Of a stretch of DNA of 64,000 nucleotides, positions 51,171 through 59,864 are shown one piece after another. Source of the stretch: Acidobacteriota bacterium (GTDB lineage Bacteria; Acidobacteriota; Vicinamibacteria; Vicinamibacterales; JAKQTR01); NCBI GenBank assembly GCA_037133015.1, contig JBAXOX010000001.1, positions 129,270-193,269 on the forward strand, written 5' to 3'. A program made the translations under genes and the position numbers. The notes beneath the pieces are model-generated. The model was not told the origin of the DNA. It worked only from the letters and a program-made list of their open reading frames with translations, and did no database searches. Each line of letters starts with the position of its first letter. Within the stretch, counting starts at the first letter, position 1.

Positions 51171-52889
51171 ATGCTCGGCACCTTCGCGTACCTCACGTGG
51201 TGCTCGTTCAAGAACCGGGTGCGCCGCCGCGTCCAGCGCCTGCGCGAGCCGCGGTACCTCGTCGGGCTGGTCGTCGGCGCGATCTATTTCTACTTCGCCC
51301 TGTTGCGGCCGCGTGCCGTGTCGCGCCGCGGCCGGGGCATCCCGGGTTTCGGCAGCGCGGCCGGCGCCGTGCAGTCGGTCGCCAGCGTCGTGCTCTTCGC
51401 CATCGCCGCGCTCGCCTGGGTCTGGCCCGGGGCCGGCAAACCCATCACCTTCTCGCGCGCCGAGGTGCAGTTTCTGTTCACTGCGCCGGTCACCCGCCGC
51501 CAACTGTTGCACTATCGCCTGATCCGATCGCAGCTGAGCATGCTGTTGAGTTCGGCGCTCATCACGATGGTGGCGCGCCCCTCGACCCTCGCCAACAGCT
51601 GGATGAGCGTGGCCGGACTCTGGCTGGTCTTCATGACCGTGCGCCTGCACCTGATTGGCGTGGCCCTCAGCCGGACCAGCCTGGCGCAGCACGGCCGAAG
51701 CGGCGTCTGGCGCCAGTGGCTGCCCCTGGCCGTCGTCTTCGGCGCGGTGGGCGTGCTGGTCGAAACCGCCATCCAGGGCTGGCCAGATCTGGTCTCGGCG
51801 CCCGATGTCCGCACCGCGTTCCTCGAACTGCAGCGCCTCTGCTCCACCGGCCCCGCCGGCGTCGTGCTCTGGCCGTTCCACACGCTGGCGGCGTTGCCGC
51901 TGGCGCAGTCGCCCGACCAGTTCGCCTCGGCGCTGCCCTGGGTGCTGCTGCTCATCGGGCTCAACTACGTGTGGGTGCTCCGCTCGGATGCCGCCTTCGA
52001 AGAGGCCTCCGCCGAACACGCCGAACGTCGCGGCCTCGAGACCGCGTCTGCCACAGCGGTGCCGCGCCGATCGGCCTCGGCGCCGTTCCGGCTCGGACTG
52101 ATCGGGCCGCCAGAGACCGCCATCCTCTGGAAAAATCTCATCCTGCTCGGCCGCTACGTCTCGGCCAGAACCCTGTTGCGTCTGCTGCCGCTGGTCGTGG
52201 CGCTGGGGCTCGCCTCGCAGGCGTCGGGACACGTTGGGCTGGCCGTGGCCGTCGGCGGAATGTGCATCTGGCTGGGCCTCATGCTCATGCTGATGGGGCC
52301 GCAGATGATGCGCAACGACCTGCGGCACGACCTCGCCAATCTTGCCTTGATCAAGACCTGGCCCGTGTCGGGCGCCGCCATCGTGCGCGGCGAAGTGCTC
52401 GCGCCCGCCATCGTCATGTCGAGCGTCATCTGGCTGCTCATCGTGCTGGGAGCCCTGCTGGGCCAGCCGCTGCTCGCGCGGATGGGGGAACCGCCCACCG
52501 CGCTCGAGGTGCTGGGGTACGCGCTGTCGGCCGCGATTCTGGCGCCGCCCGTGGTCCTGTCGCAAACCGTCGTCCTCAACGGAATCGCCGTCCTGTTTCC
52601 CGCCTGGTCGTCAGTGGGCACCTCGCGGGCTCGCGGGATCGACGCGATGGGCCAGCGCCTGTTGATGATGGCGGGCCTTCTGGTGACTCTCGCCATCTCG
52701 CTGGTCCCTGGGGCGGCGGTCGCCGCCGCCGCGATGTTTGCCGCCTATTGGATGACCGGCATGGTGATCCTTGTGGTTCCCGCCGTGCTGTTCGCGCTGG
52801 TCGTGCTCGCCGAGTGCTGGATGGCGACCGAACTACTGGGCCGGGTGCTCGACCGTACCGACGTCAACGCCATCGAACCGGTCGAGTAG
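51171..52889 (+). CDS. multi-pass membrane protein, putative ABC-exporter permease partner (572 aa)
   Basis: The ATG directly abuts the ATPase stop. About 10 hydrophobic segments. The N-terminus 'FAYLTWCSFKNRVRRRVQRLREPRY' resembles 'putative ABC exporter' family proteins (from memory). Confidence 0.6.
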   Translation: MLGTFAYLTWCSFKNRVRRRVQRLREPRYLVGLVVGAIYFYFALLRPRAVSRRGRGIPGFGSAAGAVQSVASVVLFAIAALAWVWPGAGKPITFSRAEVQFLFTAPVTRRQLLHYRLIRSQLSMLLSSALITMVARPSTLANSWMSVAGLWLVFMTVRLHLIGVALSRTSLAQHGRSGVWRQWLPLAVVFGAVGVLVETAIQGWPDLVSAPDVRTAFLELQRLCSTGPAGVVLWPFHTLAALPLAQSPDQFASALPWVLLLIGLNYVWVLRSDAAFEEASAEHAERRGLETASATAVPRRSASAPFRLGLIGPPETAILWKNLILLGRYVSARTLLRLLPLVVALGLASQASGHVGLAVAVGGMCIWLGLMLMLMGPQMMRNDLRHDLANLALIKTWPVSGAAIVRGEVLAPAIVMSSVIWLLIVLGALLGQPLLARMGEPPTALEVLGYALSAAILAPPVVLSQTVVLNGIAVLFPAWSSVGTSRARGIDAMGQRLLMMAGLLVTLAISLVPGAAVAAAAMFAAYWMTGMVILVVPAVLFALVVLAECWMATELLGRVLDRTDVNAIEPVE

Positions 52890-53144
52890 GGGAGTGTGCC
52901 GGCCGAGCCGCACGCCGGCGGGGTGAGTTCGGGAACGCCGGCTGGAGTTCGCGCATGCAGGCCGGGGCGCGGCGGTGTCCGGCTGGACGTCGAACAGTAT
53001 CGGGCGGCGGGCGCGAGTCGATACCTCGGTCCGGGATCGTGGGGCCTGCAAGGCGTACGACCTCTCGGTCGCGATCCGCACGTCGTCGGCAACCACACGA
53101 CCGGATTCGCGTCGGCGTGAATGACACAGACAGAGGACCGGGAC

Positions 53145-53969
53145 ATGAACAGCGAGAAGATCGCGATCATCGGCGGCGGCAACATGGGACTCGCCCTGGC
53201 CAAGGGCATCCTCAAGACCACGTGGGCCGATCCGGCGCACATCATGATCGCGGAACCGCTCACCGACAAGCTCGCGCAGGCGAAGGGGATCGCCAAGGGC
53301 ATCAACGGCACCGACTCGAACCTCGAGGCGGCGACATTCGGCACCGTGGTGGTGCTGTCGGTCAAACCCCAGATCATGGCGCTCGTGCTCGACGAGATCA
53401 AACCCGCCATGAGAGACACGAAGCTCGTGATCTCGGTCGCGGCGGGGGTCGCCACCGCCTTTATCGAGAAGCGGCTCAAGGGCAAGGTGCCGGTCATCAG
53501 GGCGATGCCGAACATCGCCGCGATCGTGCGCGCGGCCGCGACGGCCATCTGTCCAGGCAAGTTCGCCACACAGACGGATCTCGCCACCGCACGGCACGTC
53601 TTCGAGGCGGTCGGCCTGGTCGTCGACGTCGAGGAGGTGCTGATGGACGCGGTCACCGGCCTCAGCGGCACCGGCCCCATGTACGTCTTCCAGATACTCG
53701 AAGGGCTCTCGGACGCCGGCGTCAAGGTCGGCCTGTCCCGGGACGTCGCCAACACGCTCGCGGTGCAGACGCTGATAGGCTCGTCCAAGCTCATCCAGCA
53801 GACCAAGGAGCACCCGGCCAAGCTGAAAGATCTCGTCACCTCTCCGGGCGGCACCGCGATTAGCGCCCTGCACTCGCTGGAGAGGAACGGGCTGAAGGCG
53901 CTGTTGATCGACGCGGTCGAGATCGCGACACAGCGGTCGAGCGAACTCGGCACGCAGAAGAAGGCGTAG
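53145..53969 (+). CDS. proC: pyrroline-5-carboxylate reductase
   Basis: ATG at 53145 preceded by GAGGA. NAD(P) motif 'IAIIGGGNMG'. C-terminal signature 'SPGGTAISALHSLE'. Confidence 0.9.
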   Translation: MNSEKIAIIGGGNMGLALAKGILKTTWADPAHIMIAEPLTDKLAQAKGIAKGINGTDSNLEAATFGTVVVLSVKPQIMALVLDEIKPAMRDTKLVISVAAGVATAFIEKRLKGKVPVIRAMPNIAAIVRAAATAICPGKFATQTDLATARHVFEAVGLVVDVEEVLMDAVTGLSGTGPMYVFQILEGLSDAGVKVGLSRDVANTLAVQTLIGSSKLIQQTKEHPAKLKDLVTSPGGTAISALHSLERNGLKALLIDAVEIATQRSSELGTQKKA

Positions 53970-54326
53970 GCGGGGCCGGCGCCCACGGCACCGTCGCCCC
54001 GGGGGGGCCATAAGATGTCTGACCGGGACCACTGGTGTTTGAGGCTCTCCCGTATCACAATTGGGTTGGCGGGCAATCACCTTCAGATGAGCCGAACACG
54101 GCTGGCCGTGGCTCGTGCATCGGAACGGCGTTCGCGGATGGAGGCCGGGTTCTTGACTGTTCGTCAGGTGTCTTGATGGAGGCCGGACTCGCTTGAATGG
54201 AGGCCGGGGCTTCCCTGGCCTGAGCGGGTCGCCCCTCGACGCAGCCTGGGGGCGACGCTGCGTCTGGCGACGGGTCGAAGGCAGCCCAGGCACTCGGCCG
54301 ATCAACAGTGGTGGAGGAGTTCTGTG

Positions 54327-56369
54327 ATGAAGCACGCGATCGCTTGGGGAATGGCAGCCGTCCTGGCAGGAGCCGCAGCAATGACTACACTCGCCGCGCA
54401 ACAACCCGCTGCGCCCAAAACCGTCTCGGGCATCGACATCACCGCGTTCGACAAGTCGGTGCGCCCGCAGGACGACTTCTTCCGTTACGTCAACGGCGCG
54501 TGGCTCGACAAGACACCCATTCCCGCCGACAAGCCCTCCTACGGCAGCTTCCAGGTGCTCTACGACAAGGCGCAGGACGACCTGCGCGCCATCGTCGAGA
54601 CGGCCGGCAAATCCGAAGGCGCCCCCGGTTCCGAGGCGCGCAAGATCGGCGACTTCTACGCCAGTTTCATGGACGAAGCCAAGGCCGAGTCGCTCGGCAT
54701 CACGCCGCTCAAGGCCGAACTGGCGGCGATCGCGGCCATCAAGACCAAGGCAGACCTCGCCCGGGCGTTTGCGCACATGCTCCTGCTCGGCTGCGACGCC
54801 CCGCTCGCGGCATTTGTCGAGGGCGACTTCAAAGATCCAAAGACCAGCGCGGCCTTCGCGTTCCAGAGCGGCCTGGGCCTGCCCGACCGCGACTATTACG
54901 TCAAAGACGATGCGAAGATCGCGGAATACCGCACCAAGTATGTGAGCTTCCTCACCGCAATGTTCAAGCTGGCTGGTCGTCCGTTGCCCGAGGCGGCGGC
55001 CGCCGACATCATGGCGCTCGAAACCCATCTGGCCACAAACCAGTGGACCAACGTCGAAACGCGCGACCTCCAGAAGATGTACAACAAGATGGCGGTGGCC
55101 GATCTGGCCGCCCAGTTCCCGGGATTCGACTGGGTCGCGTGGACCGGCGAGCTGAAGATCGCATCGGCGCCGGCGCTGATCATCGGACAGCCCAGTTATG
55201 TGAAGGCGCTGGCGGCCGCCGTCAACGACTGGCCGGTTGATCGGTGGAAGCCCTATCTCGAATCGTCGCTGATTCGCGGCTACGCGCCCTATCTGACGAA
55301 GGCCCTGGTCGATGCCCGATTCGAATTCTACGGAAAGACGCTGAGCGGCACGCCCGAACAGCGCCCGCGCTGGAAGCGCGCAGTGGAGGCCATCGACGGC
55401 AACCTCGGCGAAATGCTCGGCAAGGTCTACGTCGAGAAGCACTTCCCCCCGCAGGCCAAGGCGCGCATGGAACAGTTGGTGGCCAACCTCCGTCTCGCCT
55501 ACAAGGACGGCATCGACCGTCTCGAGTGGATGAGCCCCGAGACTCGCGTGCAGGCGCAGCAGAAACTCGCCGCCTTCACGCCGAAGATCGGTTATCCGAA
55601 CAAGTGGCGCGACTATTCGAACCTACGCATCGTCCGTGACGATTTGGTGGGCAACATGATGCGCGCCCAGGCCGTCGAGTTGGCGTTCCAACTTGCGAAG
55701 GTGGGCAAGCCCATCGATCGCGACGAATGGGGGATGACGCCCCAGACGATCAACGCCTACTACAATCCCATTCGCAACGAAGTCGTGTTTCCGGCGGCGA
55801 TCCTCCAGCCGCCGTTTTTCAATCTGGCCGCTGACGATGCGGTCAACTACGGCGGGATTGGAGCGGTGATTGGGCACGAGATGGGACACGGCTTTGACGA
55901 CCAGGGCCGACGGTTCGACGGCACCGGGACGATGCGCGACTGGTGGACCGCGAAAGACAGCGCCGAATACCAGCAGCGCACCGCGCGTCTGGTGGCCCAG
56001 TTCGCCGCCTACGAGGTGCTGCCGGGCTTGAAGGTGAACGGCGAATTGACGCTGGGCGAGAACATCGGCGACCTCACCGGCCTGACCATTGGCTACCGCG
56101 CCTATCAGATGGCGCTCGGCGGCAAGCCCGCGCCCGTGATCGACGGGCTCACCGGCGACCAGCGCTTTTTTATGGGCTGGGCGCAAGTGTGGCGATCCAA
56201 GGAGCGCGACGATGCGTTGCGCCAGAAGGTGCTCACCGACGTCCATGCCCCGGCCAAGGTGCGGGGCTTTGCGCCGCTGGGCAACGTGCCCGAGTTCTAC
56301 CGCGCGTTCGACGTCAAGTCGGGCGACAAACTCTACATCGATCCGGCTCAGCGCGTGAAGATCTGGTAA
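54327..56369 (+). CDS. M13 family zinc metallopeptidase (PepO / endothelin-converting-enzyme-like), secreted or lipid-anchored
   Basis: GGAGGAG RBS and a signal-like N-terminus. 'HEMGHGFD' (HExxH) and 'GENIGDLTGL' (ENxADxGG-type). Confidence 0.9.
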   Translation: MKHAIAWGMAAVLAGAAAMTTLAAQQPAAPKTVSGIDITAFDKSVRPQDDFFRYVNGAWLDKTPIPADKPSYGSFQVLYDKAQDDLRAIVETAGKSEGAPGSEARKIGDFYASFMDEAKAESLGITPLKAELAAIAAIKTKADLARAFAHMLLLGCDAPLAAFVEGDFKDPKTSAAFAFQSGLGLPDRDYYVKDDAKIAEYRTKYVSFLTAMFKLAGRPLPEAAAADIMALETHLATNQWTNVETRDLQKMYNKMAVADLAAQFPGFDWVAWTGELKIASAPALIIGQPSYVKALAAAVNDWPVDRWKPYLESSLIRGYAPYLTKALVDARFEFYGKTLSGTPEQRPRWKRAVEAIDGNLGEMLGKVYVEKHFPPQAKARMEQLVANLRLAYKDGIDRLEWMSPETRVQAQQKLAAFTPKIGYPNKWRDYSNLRIVRDDLVGNMMRAQAVELAFQLAKVGKPIDRDEWGMTPQTINAYYNPIRNEVVFPAAILQPPFFNLAADDAVNYGGIGAVIGHEMGHGFDDQGRRFDGTGTMRDWWTAKDSAEYQQRTARLVAQFAAYEVLPGLKVNGELTLGENIGDLTGLTIGYRAYQMALGGKPAPVIDGLTGDQRFFMGWAQVWRSKERDDALRQKVLTDVHAPAKVRGFAPLGNVPEFYRAFDVKSGDKLYIDPAQRVKIW

Positions 56370-56409
56370 CGCCGTGCCTGGCGCGGTGTGCTGACAGGAG
56401 GCCTGGGAT

Positions 56410-59400
56410 ATGCGAACCGTTCGACACCTCTGGATGATTCTGCTGGCGGTCGTGCTGGCGTCGGCCGCAGTGGGCACCGAGACCAACACGCACGACACGC
56501 GGCTGCTGGCACAACCGGCGACCAACGGAACCCACGTGGCGTTCGTCTATGCCGACGACCTGTGGGTCGCCAGGATCGACGGCACCGATCTGCGGCGCCT
56601 GACCACCGACGAGGGCATCGAGACCAATCCGGCGTTTTCGCCGGATGGCAAGCTCGTCGCCTTCAATGCCCAGTACGACGGCAACGTCGACGTGTACGTG
56701 GTCGCGACCGAGGGCGGCGTCCCCAAGCGACTCACCTGGCATCCTGGCGCCGATATCGTCCAGGGCTTCACCCCGGACGGCAAGCGGGTGCTGTTCACCT
56801 CCGGGCGGGCCGCCTTTACCGGCGCCCACCAGCAGCTCTACACCGTGTCGATCGACGGCGGATTGGAAGAGCCGCTGCCAATTCCCAACGCCAACCAGGC
56901 GGCGTACTCGGCCGATGGCTCACGCATCGCCTACGTTCCGCTGCCACCGGCCTTTCCGCAGTGGAAACAGTACCGCGGCGGACGCGTGTCGCAGATTTGG
57001 ATCTACAACACGGCCGACCACTCGGTCGACAAGGTGACGCAGCCGGCGACCCGGGCCAACGACGTCGATCCGATGTGGATTGGCGACACGGTCTACCTGC
57101 GGTCCGATCGCGACGGCGAATTCAACCTGTTCGCCTTCAACACCAAGTCGAAGCAACTGCGCCGCGTCACCACCCACGAAGACTTTCCGGTGATGAAGGC
57201 GTCGGCTGGTGGCGGCAAGATCGTCTATGAGCAGGCCGGCTACCTCCACCTGTTCGACCCGGCCACGGGTAGTGCGAAGCGCATTCCCATTGGCGTGGCG
57301 GCCGACCTCCGCGAGCCGAGGCCCCGCTTCGTCAAGGGCGCCGACTACATTCGAAATGCGTCCATCTCGCCATCCGGCGCCAGAGCCGCGTTCGAGTTCA
57401 GGGGCGAGATTGTCACCGTTCCGGCCGAAAAGGGAGACGCGCGTAACATCACCGGCACCGTGGCGGCACATGAGCGATCGCCGCAATGGTCGCCCGACGG
57501 CACGCGCATCGCGTATCTGTCGGACGCATCCAGCGAGTACGAGTTGCATGTGGTGGTCCAGGACGGCAAGGGCGACGTCAAGAAGTTCAAGCTCGGGGGA
57601 GCCGGGTTCTACTCCGATCTGCGTTGGTCGCCCGACAGCCTGAAGATCGCGTTCGAGGACAATTCGCAGACCGCGTTCTACATCGACCTGGCGTCTGGCG
57701 CGGTCAAGCGCATCGGGCGCAACCGGGTCTTCAACCCGGCCGACCAGATCAGCTACGACTGGTCGCCCGATTCGAAATGGATCGCCTACGTCGTCGACAC
57801 CCAGCCGCTCGTCACGACGCTGTTCGTGTATTCCCTGGAGCAGGACAAATCGTTCGCCGTCACCGAAGGGTGGAGCGAGGTGACCGAGCCCACGTTCGAC
57901 AAGAGCGGGAAGTACCTCTATCTGTTCGGATCGACCGATGCGGGCCCGCTTCAGGACTGGTTCGCGCAGTCCAACGCCGACATGCGACGCACGCGCAACG
58001 TGTACGTGGTCGTGCTCAAGAAGGGCGTCGTGTCGCCGCTGGCCAAGGAGAGCGACGAAGAGAAGCCGAAGAAGAGCGACGCCGCCGCCGAGAAGAAGCC
58101 CGACGCGACGGCCGACAAGAAGACTGACGCGCAGGTCGACAAGAAGAATGACGCGGCCGCCGGGAAGAAGGCAGATGCGACGGCCGACAAGAAGCCCGCC
58201 GCGCCCGCCGACACGAAAGCCGACGGCTCCGAAAAGAAAGCCGATGGCGTAGAGAAGAAGGCGGAGGCCGAAAAGAAGGACGCCTTCGGGATTGATTTCG
58301 ACGGCATCGACAATCGGATCCTCGCGCTGCCGATGCCGGCTGGCGATCTGTCCGGATTGCAGGCCGGCGAGGCAAACCACCTCTACTACCTGCGCCGCGA
58401 GGGCCGCGAGGCGTCGCTTCATCATTTCGACCTGGCCAAGCGCAAGGACGAGACACCGCTTGCCGGGCTCGACCGCTACCTGTTGACGGCGGATGCCAAG
58501 AAGATCCTCTACGCGAAAGAGCGCGCGTATTTCATCACCGCGATGGGACCAAAGATTGCGCCCGGTGAGGGACGCCTCGCGACGGGCGACATCGAGGTGC
58601 GGATCGATCCGCGCGCCGAGTGGACGCAGATCTTCAACGAAGCATGGCGCATCAATCGCGATTTCTTCTACGCGCCCAACATGCATGGCGTCGACTGGGT
58701 GGCGATGAAGGCGAAGTACGGCGCCTTCCTGCCCGACCTCGCGACGCGCGGCGATCTCAATCGCGTCATCTCCTGGATGTGCAGTGAACTGGCGGTTGGC
58801 CACCACCGCGGCGGCGGCGGCGACCGTCTCGATCAGCCCAAACCGGTCCCCGGCGGATTGCTGGGCGCCGACTACGACGTGGCGAACGGACGCTACCGAT
58901 TCAAGAAAGTGTTCGGCGGTCTCAACTGGACCCCGGGCCTTCGCGCGCCGCTCACCGAACCCGGCGTGGACGTGAAAGCGGGCGAATACCTGCTGGAGGT
59001 CCGAGGTCGCGATGTGCGGCCGCCGGCCAATCTCTACAGCTTCTTCGAGAACACGGCGGAGAAGATTGTCGAGATCACCGTCGGATCCAATCCTGACGGA
59101 TCGAACTCGCGGGTGGTCCAGGTCGTGCCGATCGCCAGCGAGGGCGCGCTGCGCAATCGCGACTGGGTCGAAGGCAACATCAGGAAGGTGGACAAGGCGA
59201 CCGGCGGCCGGGTCGCCTACGTCTACGTGCCCAACACGGCAGAGCCTGGCCACACGTACTTCAAGCGCTACTTCTTCCCGCAAGCGCACAAAGACGCCGT
59301 CATCGTCGACGAGCGGTTCAATGGCGGCGGGTCGGTGGCCGACTACTACATCGACATCCTGCGGCGGCCGTTCATCAGCAACTGGGCCATGCGCTACGGC

Positions 59401-59835
59401 GACGATCTCAAGACGCCGACCGCATCGATCCAGGGGCCCAAGGTGATGATCATCGACGAGATGGCCGGATCGGGTGGCGATCTGCTGCCGTGGATGTTCC
59501 GCAAGTTCAAGGTCGGGACGCTGGTCGGCCAGCGCACATGGGGCGGCCTGGTGGGCGTGCTCGGTTTCCCGGTGCTGATGGACGGCGGCAACATCACCGC
59601 GCCAAACCTGGCCTTCTGGACGCCAGAGGACGGATGGGCCGTCGAGAACGAGGGCGTCGCGCCCGACGTGGCGGTGGAACAGACACCGGCAGACGTGATC
59701 GCGGGCCGCGATCCGCAACTCGAAAAGGCGATCGACGTGGCGATGGCGGAACTGAAGAAGAATCCGCCACCCGCCACGAAGAGACCGGCGTACCCGGTAC
59801 GAGGCAAGACGCAGCGAGGCACTATCAAGCAGTAG
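56410..59835 (+). CDS. tricorn-protease-like S41 peptidase with N-terminal beta-propellers (1141 aa)
   Basis: AGGAGG RBS and a signal peptide. 'THVAFVYADDLWV', repeated 'SPDG(K/T)' TolB-like blades, and a C-terminal S41 region 'RFNGGGSVADY' and 'EMAGSGGDLL'. Contains a Lys/Ala/Asp-rich insertion at ~58045-58281. Confidence 0.9.
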   Translation: MRTVRHLWMILLAVVLASAAVGTETNTHDTRLLAQPATNGTHVAFVYADDLWVARIDGTDLRRLTTDEGIETNPAFSPDGKLVAFNAQYDGNVDVYVVATEGGVPKRLTWHPGADIVQGFTPDGKRVLFTSGRAAFTGAHQQLYTVSIDGGLEEPLPIPNANQAAYSADGSRIAYVPLPPAFPQWKQYRGGRVSQIWIYNTADHSVDKVTQPATRANDVDPMWIGDTVYLRSDRDGEFNLFAFNTKSKQLRRVTTHEDFPVMKASAGGGKIVYEQAGYLHLFDPATGSAKRIPIGVAADLREPRPRFVKGADYIRNASISPSGARAAFEFRGEIVTVPAEKGDARNITGTVAAHERSPQWSPDGTRIAYLSDASSEYELHVVVQDGKGDVKKFKLGGAGFYSDLRWSPDSLKIAFEDNSQTAFYIDLASGAVKRIGRNRVFNPADQISYDWSPDSKWIAYVVDTQPLVTTLFVYSLEQDKSFAVTEGWSEVTEPTFDKSGKYLYLFGSTDAGPLQDWFAQSNADMRRTRNVYVVVLKKGVVSPLAKESDEEKPKKSDAAAEKKPDATADKKTDAQVDKKNDAAAGKKADATADKKPAAPADTKADGSEKKADGVEKKAEAEKKDAFGIDFDGIDNRILALPMPAGDLSGLQAGEANHLYYLRREGREASLHHFDLAKRKDETPLAGLDRYLLTADAKKILYAKERAYFITAMGPKIAPGEGRLATGDIEVRIDPRAEWTQIFNEAWRINRDFFYAPNMHGVDWVAMKAKYGAFLPDLATRGDLNRVISWMCSELAVGHHRGGGGDRLDQPKPVPGGLLGADYDVANGRYRFKKVFGGLNWTPGLRAPLTEPGVDVKAGEYLLEVRGRDVRPPANLYSFFENTAEKIVEITVGSNPDGSNSRVVQVVPIASEGALRNRDWVEGNIRKVDKATGGRVAYVYVPNTAEPGHTYFKRYFFPQAHKDAVIVDERFNGGGSVADYYIDILRRPFISNWAMRYGDDLKTPTASIQGPKVMIIDEMAGSGGDLLPWMFRKFKVGTLVGQRTWGGLVGVLGFPVLMDGGNITAPNLAFWTPEDGWAVENEGVAPDVAVEQTPADVIAGRDPQLEKAIDVAMAELKKNPPPATKRPAYPVRGKTQRGTIKQ

Positions 59836-59864
59836 GCATCAGCATCACACGCGGGAGCAGATCC

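Noticed and set aside
54055-54381. A 108-aa minus-strand ORF in the proC / M13 intergenic region.
   Set aside because: Its product is Pro/Ala/Ser-rich and low-complexity with no motif or RBS, and it overlaps the M13 peptidase start and its RBS. The region is better explained as a regulatory or structured non-coding sequence.
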